From: Acidimicrobiia bacterium
GTDB lineage: Bacteria > Actinomycetota > Acidimicrobiia > Spongiisociales > ZC4RG35
Assembly: GCA_035305585.1 (NCBI GenBank)
Contig: DATGOV010000038.1
Coordinates: 3,744 to 67,743, forward strand
Reading direction: 5' to 3'
DNA length: 64,000 nucleotides
Shown: piece by piece, positions 30,656-40,385 of the stretch
Layout of the letters: each line of letters begins with the position of its first letter
How positions within the stretch are numbered: the first letter of the stretch is position 1
Position numbers and translations under genes: made by a program
The notes under the pieces: model-generated
Seen by the model: the letters and a program-made list of their open reading frames with translations, nothing else
The model's database searches: none
Told to the model about the DNA's origin: nothing

Positions 30656-32752
30656 TCACCGCACGAAAGAAGGCCGGGAAGCCGAGCCTCTCACCAGCCA
30701 CACCTCGAACTCGGCCCCTTCGTCGACCAGTTCCGGAGGCACCATCGCCTCCCACAACGCCGAGTTCCCCTCGGGCTCGTAGGTGCGCGTGGCTGCGACC
30801 ACCACGCCGTCGGCGGTGACCGCGACGATCTCCTGTCCGGTCGCCCCCTCCGGCACGGTCGCGGTCCCCGAGAGGTAGGCGGGGATCGGTTCTGCGCCCG
30901 GTTGGTGGACGGCGAGCTCCTCGGCTTGCGAGAGGATCACGTCCACACCGGCCTCGTCGACTCCGTTCGCCACCGACTGCCCCAACAGGCTCTCCCACTG
31001 GGGCGGCGCCAGGAGATAGGGATCACCCCCGGGGAACCAGCGGTCCTTCTCTTCGACCACCTCCATCAACGGAGCCAGGTCGAGGGGGATCTCGACGTCG
31101 CCGTCGGTGCCGCGCATCACCGAGGCGGTCCTTTCCGCCCGACGCGGCTCGTCGAGCAGGGACACACCGTCGGTCGCCCACGGGATCGAGACATCGAGCA
31201 CGTCCCCGATCGTGGGCACCACGTCGACCGTCTCGGCCCGCAGGTCGTCGACCGTGCCCGGATCGGGGGCGTCCGGATGGCCGGCCGGGTACTTGACGAA
31301 GAGAGGGATGAACGAGATCGTGCCGATGGTGTCGTCGGTGACCGTCCGCTGGTGCCCGGTGCCAGGCCGGATCGTGATGCCGTGGTCCGCCGCCACGACG
31401 ATCAGCGCTTCGTCGTAGACCCCCTGGCTCTCGAGCTGGTCGAGCACGCGGCCGAGCATCGTGTCCGCCCAGTGCGCCTGGATGAGATGTCGCTGCCATC
31501 CCTGGGCGACCAGATAGGCGTCGTCTCCCCAGCCCACGTTGTCCCGACCGGGAGGGCGCGGGGCGTTGTGGAGCCGGCCGTCGGCGGTCAGGTCCCACGG
31601 ATGGTGCGGATAGAGGAAGTGGGCGTAGCGAAACGACGCCGGGCCCTCCATCCGCCCGATCGACTCCAGGAATCGCGTCAGGTCCCGCCGCCGGTCGTTG
31701 GAGACCTGGGTGAGGAACCGATCGATGATGTCGAAGTCGCCCGTGTCCTGATCGACAAAGCCGCCCCATCCCTGATCGATCGGCGGGAGGGCGGCGGCGA
31801 CGTCGTCAGGTGCGATCAGGTGGGCGTAGACGACGGAGAGGTCGCCGAGCACGGATTCCCACCTCTCCCCCGGGGGCGCCACCGGGCGGCTGACGTTCCC
31901 GCATATGTACGGCGGGCACAGCTCGGTGACGTTCTCGATCGCCTCGACGTCGTAGTCGCCGGAGAGCAGAGAGAAGATCGTGAAAGGATGGTGGGCGGTC
32001 GTCGGGATGCTGCCTTCGGATACCACCCGTCCGGTGAGGAGCGCGGGGACCGCCTCCTCGGTCTGCTGATGGACACCGACAGCATTGCGATACCAGACAC
32101 CGTCGGCGGCGAGACGCCCGAAGGAGGGGAAGTGTTCGACGTCGAGCGACCCGTCGCCCCGGATCATGGAAGCGGCAGGAAACTCGTCGTAGACGATCAT
32201 CACGACCGGCGTCGGGTTGCCGACGTGGACCGCCTCCGGCACGTCGGCACGGGAAGCGAACAGCACGTCGGACGTCGGCGTAGCGAAAGCGAACCAGCCG
32301 AGCACCACGAACGGCGCCAACCCGAGGTAAGAGAACCCGGTCCGTGCCGAGGGGAAGCGGGCGTAGAGAGCGACCAGGCCCGCGCTCACCGCCACTGCGA
32401 CTACGTAGAACATCACCGGAGGCCACGAGCCGAACCCGGCGTTGACGAGGATCGTCGCCGCCGCCACGCTCCCCAGCGCTGCCAACAGCACCAGATGCAA
32501 GACGATCCCGGTGTCTCGGTGCACGGCGCGGACGGCGAGAACGACGGCCGCCAAGACGAACGGCACGAGCAACAGGCCGGAGGCGAGGAGCCAGATGTCG
32601 GGAACCGGGAAGCGACGAGCGACGAAGAACTCGGGGTTGCGACCGAGGAGGTCGAGGAGAGGCTGACCGAGGGCGAATGTGCCCAGACCGACGATCGACG
32701 CGACGACTGCGACCGGGCGGATCTCTCCCACCCCTTCGAAGGTCGGTCTCAT
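30656..32752 (-). CDS. Polytopic membrane sulfatase-like (alkaline phosphatase superfamily) hydrolase/transferase, NoeB-like
   Basis: About 5 N-terminal TM helices, then VMIVYDEFP, HQQTEEAVPALLTG, HFLYPHHPW, VAADHG, IPLFVKYP, DVVPTI. Confidence 0.8.
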   Translation of the reverse strand: MRPTFEGVGEIRPVAVVASIVGLGTFALGQPLLDLLGRNPEFFVARRFPVPDIWLLASGLLLVPFVLAAVVLAVRAVHRDTGIVLHLVLLAALGSVAAATILVNAGFGSWPPVMFYVVAVAVSAGLVALYARFPSARTGFSYLGLAPFVVLGWFAFATPTSDVLFASRADVPEAVHVGNPTPVVMIVYDEFPAASMIRGDGSLDVEHFPSFGRLAADGVWYRNAVGVHQQTEEAVPALLTGRVVSEGSIPTTAHHPFTIFSLLSGDYDVEAIENVTELCPPYICGNVSRPVAPPGERWESVLGDLSVVYAHLIAPDDVAAALPPIDQGWGGFVDQDTGDFDIIDRFLTQVSNDRRRDLTRFLESIGRMEGPASFRYAHFLYPHHPWDLTADGRLHNAPRPPGRDNVGWGDDAYLVAQGWQRHLIQAHWADTMLGRVLDQLESQGVYDEALIVVAADHGITIRPGTGHQRTVTDDTIGTISFIPLFVKYPAGHPDAPDPGTVDDLRAETVDVVPTIGDVLDVSIPWATDGVSLLDEPRRAERTASVMRGTDGDVEIPLDLAPLMEVVEEKDRWFPGGDPYLLAPPQWESLLGQSVANGVDEAGVDVILSQAEELAVHQPGAEPIPAYLSGTATVPEGATGQEIVAVTADGVVVAATRTYEPEGNSALWEAMVPPELVDEGAEFEVWLVRGSASRPSFVR

Positions 32753-34107
32753 CTACTCAGATGGTAAAGACGCCGCGTGCCACCGGGTAGGTCGGCCTCT
32801 CGCACCACTCGGAAGTGCTGCGACACCAGGCGGTCGAACGACTCACGGTCCCGGCCGGGGTGCAGTTCTTCCGGACGCTTGTTGGCGGTGAGACGGCCGA
32901 CCATCGGGTCTTCGGGTGCCACGAACTCGACAACGACGGGGACGTCGAAGGAGGCCAGCCACTCGACCACGCGGGCAGGCGGGATCGATGCCGAGTAGAT
33001 CAGGTGATGGATGAGGCCGTAGGCGATCACGAGGTCGGGGCGTGCCCGTTCGAAGAGCGCCGGCCGCTCGACTCCGGCCCAACCCTGCGACGGCGAGGGA
33101 TTCTGCAGATCGGTGAGGACCGGCGTGATCGGCGTGCCGGCGGAAAGGGACCGGTAGAGCCGGTCGAGCACGACCTCGTCGCCGTCGACGGCGATGGCGT
33201 CGGCGCCCCGGGAAACCGCGACCTGGCTGAAGTGACCGTCGTTGCAGCCGAGATCGAGCACCGTGGCAGGCGACACGGCCTCGAGGGCCTGGACGAGGAA
33301 TTCGGTCTTCAGGTCGCGATCGCGGGCTACGTGGTCGCATCCGTGGTACGTCGACCAGGTGCCGTCGTCGCTGTCCCATTCCAGGTCGTCGATGAGCGCA
33401 CGGAGCTTCTCGACGTTGGCACGGATCAGGTCGGCGGTGAAGCCGGCCTCGGCGAGCGAGCGGCGCACCTCTCGCCCTTTGAGGCGAGCCTCGGCGCGGG
33501 CTTGGAGGCCGATGTGGAGGATCGCCGCCGGGGTGGCCTTGCGGCGGGCCGGCAGCAACCGCCACATCTGGGCGCTGGTGGGTCCTTCCGGGTCGCCCCG
33601 CAGCCAGGGCTGGAACGGGACCCCACACCACGCCTCCATGAGCAGAGGGTGGAGGAACTGGCGGCAGAACTGGCGGTAGCCGATCCACGGCTCCCCCCTC
33701 CGGTATCGCTCGAAGGAGCCGACGTCGATGAACTGAGGACGGCCACCGACGAACTGGATGTTGTAGGGCGTGGCGTCCTTGAGGATCATCCCCTCGCCCA
33801 AGGCCTCGAGCATGAGGTCGAGCTGGAGGAGGGCGGCATCGCGGAGCATCGAGAAGGTCCACTCGAACGGATAGGTGATGAACCCGATCCGAGGATGCGC
33901 CAGCGCCCCGGCCGCACCCTCGGGGGCGTCGACCTCGGTGGTCGCGATGAGACGGCCGTGGGCGGTGGCCCGACCGAAGAAGTCGCTCGCTTGGAGAGCG
34001 CGCCAGTCGGCGAGGCCGCGTTCATCGAGGATTCGCGTGACCGTGGAGTCGCCGAGGACGACACGAGATGCCGGGTCTCGGAACGACCCGGGATCGGCCC
34101 AATTCAA
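32749..34107 (-). CDS. NoeA-like protein: kinase-like N-domain fused to class I SAM methyltransferase
   Basis: GSFRDP, YPFEWTFSML, LKDATPYNIQF, FIDVGSF; C-terminal VLDLGCNDG and LIHHL; TTG start; ATGA overlap with next gene. Confidence 0.8.
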   Translation of the reverse strand: MNWADPGSFRDPASRVVLGDSTVTRILDERGLADWRALQASDFFGRATAHGRLIATTEVDAPEGAAGALAHPRIGFITYPFEWTFSMLRDAALLQLDLMLEALGEGMILKDATPYNIQFVGGRPQFIDVGSFERYRRGEPWIGYRQFCRQFLHPLLMEAWCGVPFQPWLRGDPEGPTSAQMWRLLPARRKATPAAILHIGLQARAEARLKGREVRRSLAEAGFTADLIRANVEKLRALIDDLEWDSDDGTWSTYHGCDHVARDRDLKTEFLVQALEAVSPATVLDLGCNDGHFSQVAVSRGADAIAVDGDEVVLDRLYRSLSAGTPITPVLTDLQNPSPSQGWAGVERPALFERARPDLVIAYGLIHHLIYSASIPPARVVEWLASFDVPVVVEFVAPEDPMVGRLTANKRPEELHPGRDRESFDRLVSQHFRVVREADLPGGTRRLYHLSR

Positions 34108-34113
34108 AGGCGA

Positions 34114-34308
34114 TCAGCCTTCCTGGGTTTCCTCGGCCGGTACCGGCTCGGTCCCCTCGGCCGATTGCTCGGGTGCGGGCTCTTCACCCTTGCGGGACCG
34201 CCACCGGCTACGCATCGCCTTGGCGGCCACTCCGAGCCCGGCCACCCCGCCCAGCACTGCTTGCAGGATCAGACTTCCAGAACCGGGATCGAGATAGGCA
34301 AAGATCAT
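34114..34308 (-). CDS. Small single-pass membrane protein with YLDPGSGS motif
   Basis: MIFAYLDPGSGSLILQAVLGGVAGLGVAAKAMRSRWRSRK; RBS AAGGGA and TAAAGT -10 upstream; 6 bp before NoeA-like start. Confidence 0.75.
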   Translation of the reverse strand: MIFAYLDPGSGSLILQAVLGGVAGLGVAAKAMRSRWRSRKGEEPAPEQSAEGTEPVPAEETQEG

Positions 34309-34431
34309 CTGGGGTTTCCCTTCGCGGTTGGCTCGCCGGCGGCCAGATGACCGCCCGGCGACATGTTCGTTACTTTACGGCGACAAGCCAACTGATCCAT
34401 CGCCACTCCCCGCCCCATCTAATCTCCCTGC

Positions 34432-35331
<900 letters not shown>

Positions 35332-35476
35332 TGGAGTCGGAAGTCGGAAGCCGGAAGCCGACGCGATCCGCTGCTTGTCCGGGTTCGGAGACTCGTGCGA
35401 CCCGCGAACGCGCCCATACGCCGACCCGCGACCTACCACCCACCACTCGCTTCCGGCGATACGCGAGACGCAGGAG

Positions 35477-36358
35477 ATGACACTCGACGCTTGGGTGGAA
35501 GCGGCGCGGCCGCGGACGTTGCCGGCGGCGGTGTCTCCGGTCCTGGTCGGGACCGGACTGGCGGTCGGAGATGGCGTGTTCCGTCTGGATGCGTTCGTCG
35601 CCGCATCGGTGGGGGCGCTCGCCATCCAGGTGGCGGCCAACTTCGCCAACGACGCCTCCGACGCCGCGCGGGGGGCCGACCCGGCCGACCGGGTCGGGCC
35701 ACCGCGAATGGTCGCCTCCGGGAGGGTGTCCTCGCGGGCGATGTGGGTCGCCACTTGGCTCACCGTGGCGGTCGCCGTCCTGGCGGGGATCTGGCTGATC
35801 GCCATCGCCGGCTGGGTGGTGGCGGCCATCGGCGTGGCATCCGTCGTGGCCATGCTCACCTACGTCGGCGGTCCCCTCCCCTACGGCTATCGGGCACTCG
35901 GAGAGATCGCGGTGTTCGTCTTCTTCGGACTGGTCGCCACGGTCGGCAGCCGTTACGTCCACGACATGACGGCTCCCCGCAGTGCCTGGGTGCTGGCCAT
36001 CCCGATGGGGATGCTGGCGGCGGCGATCCTCGTCGCCAACAACCGCCGCGACATCGACACGGACGCGCGGGTGGGCAAGCGGACCCTGGCCGTCGTGCTG
36101 GGTCGGCGCAACACCGAGCGGCTGTACGCCGTCCTCACCTACGGCGCCTACGCGGTCATCGCCGTGGCCGCCGCCGCCGGAATCACTCCCCTCCTGTCCG
36201 GGCTCGCCGCCTTCCTCGCCCCGTTCGCGATCGGCCCGAACCGCGCCATCTCGTCGGGAGCGGAAGGCGCCGCCCTCATCCCGGTCCTGGCCCAGACCGC
36301 CCGTCTCGAGCTGTGGACCGGTGCCGCCCTCGGCCTCGCCGCCGCGGTGGGTGGCTGA
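35477..36358 (+). CDS. menA: 1,4-dihydroxy-2-naphthoate polyprenyltransferase
   Basis: WVEAARPRTLPAA, NFANDASD, YGYRALGE, NNRRDIDTDARVGKRTLAV; RBS CAGGAG. Confidence 0.93.
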   Translation: MTLDAWVEAARPRTLPAAVSPVLVGTGLAVGDGVFRLDAFVAASVGALAIQVAANFANDASDAARGADPADRVGPPRMVASGRVSSRAMWVATWLTVAVAVLAGIWLIAIAGWVVAAIGVASVVAMLTYVGGPLPYGYRALGEIAVFVFFGLVATVGSRYVHDMTAPRSAWVLAIPMGMLAAAILVANNRRDIDTDARVGKRTLAVVLGRRNTERLYAVLTYGAYAVIAVAAAAGITPLLSGLAAFLAPFAIGPNRAISSGAEGAALIPVLAQTARLELWTGAALGLAAAVGG

Positions 36359-36375
36359 CCTCTAGGCTCCCGTGG

Positions 36376-37140
36376 GTGGAGCTCTTCGACCTCACCGGCC
36401 ACGTCAGCATCGTCACCGGGGGGAACCGGGGGATCGGTTTCGGCCTGGCCCGCGGGCTCGTCAGGGCCGGTGCCTCCGTGGCGATCTGGGCGCGTGACCT
36501 CGAGAGAGCCGACGAGGCCGTCGAACGGCTCGGCGACCTTGGAAATGGAGAGGCCATCGCTGTCGCTTGCGACGTGACGGACGAACGATCGGTGATCGAC
36601 GCGTTGGCGGCTACCGTCGACCAGCTCGGCAAGGTCGACTCGGCTTTCGCCAATGCCGGGGTCAGCACGGGGGTGGCGTTTCCCGAGATGGAGCTGGGCG
36701 AACTCGAGCACGTCTTGGAGGTCAACGTCGGGGGAGTCTTCCTCGTCGCACGCGAAGTCGCTCGTCATCTGATCTCGCGCGACGCCCCCGGCTCGATCGT
36801 GATCACGTCATCGATCGCGGCCAGTCGCGGCAATCCGATGGCGCCCCACTACTCGGCATCCAAAGGTGCGGCCACGGCATTCGCCCGCGCGTTGGCAGTG
36901 CGCCTCGCCCGGCACGCGATCCGGGTCAATGTGATAGCCCCCGGCTGGGTGGCCACCGAGATGACCGACGAGCTACAAGGAAACGAGCGGTTCGAGGACG
37001 CCCTCCGGTTCCGAGTGCCGCTCCGACGCTGGGGCGCTGCCGAGGACTTCGAAGGAGCAGCGGTCTTCCTCGCCTCCCCGGCCTCGGCGTACATGACGGG
37101 CACCGAGATCGTGATCGACGGTGGGTACTCCGCTTTCTGA
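36376..37140 (+). CDS. SDR family oxidoreductase
   Basis: IVTGGNRGIG, ANAG, YSASK, RVNVIAPG, YMTG. Confidence 0.92.
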   Translation: MELFDLTGHVSIVTGGNRGIGFGLARGLVRAGASVAIWARDLERADEAVERLGDLGNGEAIAVACDVTDERSVIDALAATVDQLGKVDSAFANAGVSTGVAFPEMELGELEHVLEVNVGGVFLVAREVARHLISRDAPGSIVITSSIAASRGNPMAPHYSASKGAATAFARALAVRLARHAIRVNVIAPGWVATEMTDELQGNERFEDALRFRVPLRRWGAAEDFEGAAVFLASPASAYMTGTEIVIDGGYSAF

Positions 37141-37223
37141 ACTTCTCCGCTTTGAACGGAGTACGTTCTGGGTAGGGATCCAGACGTCCACCCGGGCGAA
37201 GACGTCGACACATCGGAGGAGCG

Positions 37224-37610
37224 ATGAACATGTTGAAGACCCTCGGGAGCTCCGCTCTCGGCCTCATGGACCAGATGAGCCCAGTCGCCGAGAAAGTGAA
37301 GGAAGGTGCCGACGACCTCCTCGACAAGCTGGGTACGGAGTCGCGGCACCTCGGGGAGGCGATGGTGGAGCGTTTCGGTGAACAAATGGAGCAACTCCCG
37401 GACGCCACGCTCAAGCGCCTCAACCTCGTCACGGCGCGGAAGTCACGTCGCCGGATGATATGGGCGATGCTGATCGGGCTGGTCGTGGGGGCGGTGCTGG
37501 TGAAAGCCTTCAACCGCCAGAGGGATCAGGCCTACCCGGAGATGAGCAGGCGCGAGCCGTGGAACGAAGCGCGCACGCCGGCACCTGTGACAGGCGAGGT
37601 TCCCCGCTGA
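37224..37610 (+). CDS. Hypothetical protein with one TM segment near the C-terminus
   Basis: RBS GGAGGAG; amphipathic helical N-part; RKSRRRMIWAMLIGLVVGAVLVKAF TM segment. Confidence 0.7.
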   Translation: MNMLKTLGSSALGLMDQMSPVAEKVKEGADDLLDKLGTESRHLGEAMVERFGEQMEQLPDATLKRLNLVTARKSRRRMIWAMLIGLVVGAVLVKAFNRQRDQAYPEMSRREPWNEARTPAPVTGEVPR

Positions 37611-37738
37611 TCTGAGCCCGGCTCTGCGCTGGGATCGGCGCGGTCGGAAACATCTCCTGGTTTGTGACTTTCGCCCGGAGGAGGCCCCTCGGGGGTCTGA
37701 TACCGTTCGGGTGAGGACGATCAGGAGATTCGACAACA

Positions 37739-40381
37739 GTGCCTTACGTTTTCGATTTCGGCGCCACTGAGAGCGACAAGCATTTGCTGGGTGGCAAGGG
37801 CGCCGGTTTGGCTGAGATGACGAAACTGGGCCTGCCCGTGCCGCCCGGGTTCACCATCTCCACCGAAGCCTGCCGGGTGATGTTGTCGGAGGGGGAGCTT
37901 CCCGAGCAGATGTGGAAAGAGGTGGACGAAGCCGTCGCCCGCCTCGAAGAGAAGACCGGTAGGTCTTTCGGATCGGGCCCAGTGCCTCTGCTGCTCTCCG
38001 TGCGTTCCGGAGCCGTGTTCTCGATGCCGGGGATGATGGACACGGTCCTCAATCTCGGGTGCAACGACCAGGTGGTCGAGGTGCTCGAGGAGTGGTCGGG
38101 CGACCCCCACTTCGCGTGGGACGTGTACCGGCGCTTCCTGCAGATGTACGGCGATGTGGTGCTCGAGGTGCCGGATCGCCACTTCCAAGCCGTTCTGTCG
38201 GAGCTGAGGGGCAAGCGGGGAGTCGACAGTGACGCCGACCTCACCGCTGACGACCTCCGCGAGGCCGCGAACCGGTTCAAGGCTCTGATCCGCGAGAACG
38301 CCAGCACGGCGATCCCGTCCGATCCACGCCAACAGCTGCGGGGGGCGATCGAAGCCGTGTTCCACTCCTGGAACAACCGCCGGGCGATCGACTACCGGCG
38401 CATCCACGGCATCCCTGACGACCTGGGAACCGCCTGCAACGTCCAGATGATGGTCTTCGGCGACCTCGGAGCCGACTCGGGAACCGGGGTGTGCTTCACC
38501 CGCGATCCCGCCACGGGGGCGGCCGACCCCTTCGGCGACTACCTCCCCTGCGCCCAGGGCGAGGACGTCGTCGCCGGTATCCGCAACACCTTCTCCCTGG
38601 ACCAGCTCGCCGAGATGCACCCCGGCCCACACAACCAACTGCTGGGCATCATGGAGAGGCTCGAGCAGCACTACCGGGACATGCTCGACATCGAGTTCAC
38701 GATCGAGAAAGGTGAGCTCTACATCCTCCAGACCCGGGTCGGCAAGCGCACCGCCCAATCCGCCGTGCGTCTGGCCGTCAAGATGGTGGAAGAGGGGTTG
38801 ATCGACCGAAACGAGGCGATCCTGCGCGTGGATCCCGACTCCATCGAGCAGCTCCACCGGCCCCAGATCGACGCCTCTGCCGATGTCGAGGCGGTCACGA
38901 CCGGGGTGGCGGCGTCGCCGGGCGCGGCCGTCGGACGAGTCGCCTTCGACGCCGACCGGGCGGTCGAGATGGCCGCCGACGGGGGCGGACCGGTGATCCT
39001 CGTACGTCCCGAGACCACTCCCGACGACATCCACGGGATGGCGGCGGCCGCCGGGATCCTCACGGCCCAGGGCGGGAAGACCTCCCACGCCGCCGTCGTG
39101 GCCCGCGGCATGGGCAAACCGGCGGTCACCGGAGCGAACGGACTCGTCATCGACAACTCGGGCCGGACCGCGCTGTGCGGCGAGTACGACATCCAGGAAG
39201 GCGACCTCATCACCATCGACGGCACGAACGGGACCGTCTACGTCGGAGAGGTGCCTCTGGTCGAGCCGAAGGAGACACCCGAGCTCGGCGAGCTCCTGTC
39301 GTGGGCCGACGAAGTCCGCACCATCGGCATACGCGCCAACGCCGACACTCCGGAGGACGCGGCCAGAGCCCGCTCCCTCGGCGCCGAGGGCATCGGGTTG
39401 GCGAGGACCGAGCACATGTTCATGGGCGAGCGCCTGGAGATCGTCCAGACGATCATCTTGTCGAAGGATCCCGAAGTCCGCCAAGACGCCCTCGACCGCC
39501 TGGAACGCCAGCAAGTGGACGACTTCGAGGGGATCCTCGAAGCGATGGACGGGCTGCCCGTCGTCGTCCGCCTCCTCGATCCGCCTCTCCACGAGTTCCT
39601 CCCCAACCGGATGGAACTGGAGCACGAGATCCTGCGACGGGTGTGGGCAGGCCGCTCGGTCGCCGACCTCCAGCGCATGTGGTCGGAGGTCGCCCGGTGG
39701 GAGGAAGACAACCCCATGCTGGGCCTCCGCGGCGTGCGCCTGGGGCTGATGTTCCCTGAGCTCTACCGCCTCCAGGCGGGCGCCGCCGCTCAGGCACTCG
39801 TGCGGCGCATCCGCGCCGGCGGGGACCCGCATCTCGAGATCATGATCCCTCTCGTCTCGACCGGCCCGGAGCTGCGTCGGATGCGGGAGATGGTGGAAGA
39901 GGAGATCGCCTCCGTAGCCGCCGAGTCGGGGCTCGAGCTCGAGGTGCCGGTCGGCACGATGATCGAGCTCCCGCGAGCGGCGCTCACTGCCGACGAGATC
40001 GCCGAGGTCGCCGACTTCTTCTCCTTCGGCACCAACGACCTCACCCAGATGACCTATGGGTTGAGCCGTGACGACGCCGAGGGAGTCTTCCTGGGCGACT
40101 ACCTGGAACAGCAGATCCTCCCGTTCAACCCGTTCCAGACGCTCGACACCGCCGGCGTGGGCCGGCTGATCCGGATCGGCACGGAGGAAGGGCGGGCGGC
40201 CAACCCGGACCTGGTGGTCGGCGTGTGCGGCGAGCACGGGGGTGACCCGGCCTCGATCGCGTTCTGCATGGAAGTCGGCCTGGACTACGTGTCTGCCAGC
40301 CCTCCTCGCATCGAGGGAGCACGTCTCGCCGCCGCCCAGGCCGCGCTGTCGAAGGGGACCGAAGAACGACGGGACGTCTGA
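37739..40381 (+). CDS. ppdK: Pyruvate, phosphate dikinase
   Basis: LLGGKGA, LLLSVRSGA..SMPGMMDT, GGKTSHAAVVARG (phospho-His), GLARTEHMF, FSFGTNDLTQ, GVCGEHGG. Confidence 0.97.
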   Translation: MPYVFDFGATESDKHLLGGKGAGLAEMTKLGLPVPPGFTISTEACRVMLSEGELPEQMWKEVDEAVARLEEKTGRSFGSGPVPLLLSVRSGAVFSMPGMMDTVLNLGCNDQVVEVLEEWSGDPHFAWDVYRRFLQMYGDVVLEVPDRHFQAVLSELRGKRGVDSDADLTADDLREAANRFKALIRENASTAIPSDPRQQLRGAIEAVFHSWNNRRAIDYRRIHGIPDDLGTACNVQMMVFGDLGADSGTGVCFTRDPATGAADPFGDYLPCAQGEDVVAGIRNTFSLDQLAEMHPGPHNQLLGIMERLEQHYRDMLDIEFTIEKGELYILQTRVGKRTAQSAVRLAVKMVEEGLIDRNEAILRVDPDSIEQLHRPQIDASADVEAVTTGVAASPGAAVGRVAFDADRAVEMAADGGGPVILVRPETTPDDIHGMAAAAGILTAQGGKTSHAAVVARGMGKPAVTGANGLVIDNSGRTALCGEYDIQEGDLITIDGTNGTVYVGEVPLVEPKETPELGELLSWADEVRTIGIRANADTPEDAARARSLGAEGIGLARTEHMFMGERLEIVQTIILSKDPEVRQDALDRLERQQVDDFEGILEAMDGLPVVVRLLDPPLHEFLPNRMELEHEILRRVWAGRSVADLQRMWSEVARWEEDNPMLGLRGVRLGLMFPELYRLQAGAAAQALVRRIRAGGDPHLEIMIPLVSTGPELRRMREMVEEEIASVAAESGLELEVPVGTMIELPRAALTADEIAEVADFFSFGTNDLTQMTYGLSRDDAEGVFLGDYLEQQILPFNPFQTLDTAGVGRLIRIGTEEGRAANPDLVVGVCGEHGGDPASIAFCMEVGLDYVSASPPRIEGARLAAAQAALSKGTEERRDV

Positions 40382-40385
40382 CGGC

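Noticed and set aside
37664-37680. CRP site upstream of ppdK (TGTGA)
   Set aside because: Only one half-site; the second half reads CCCGG
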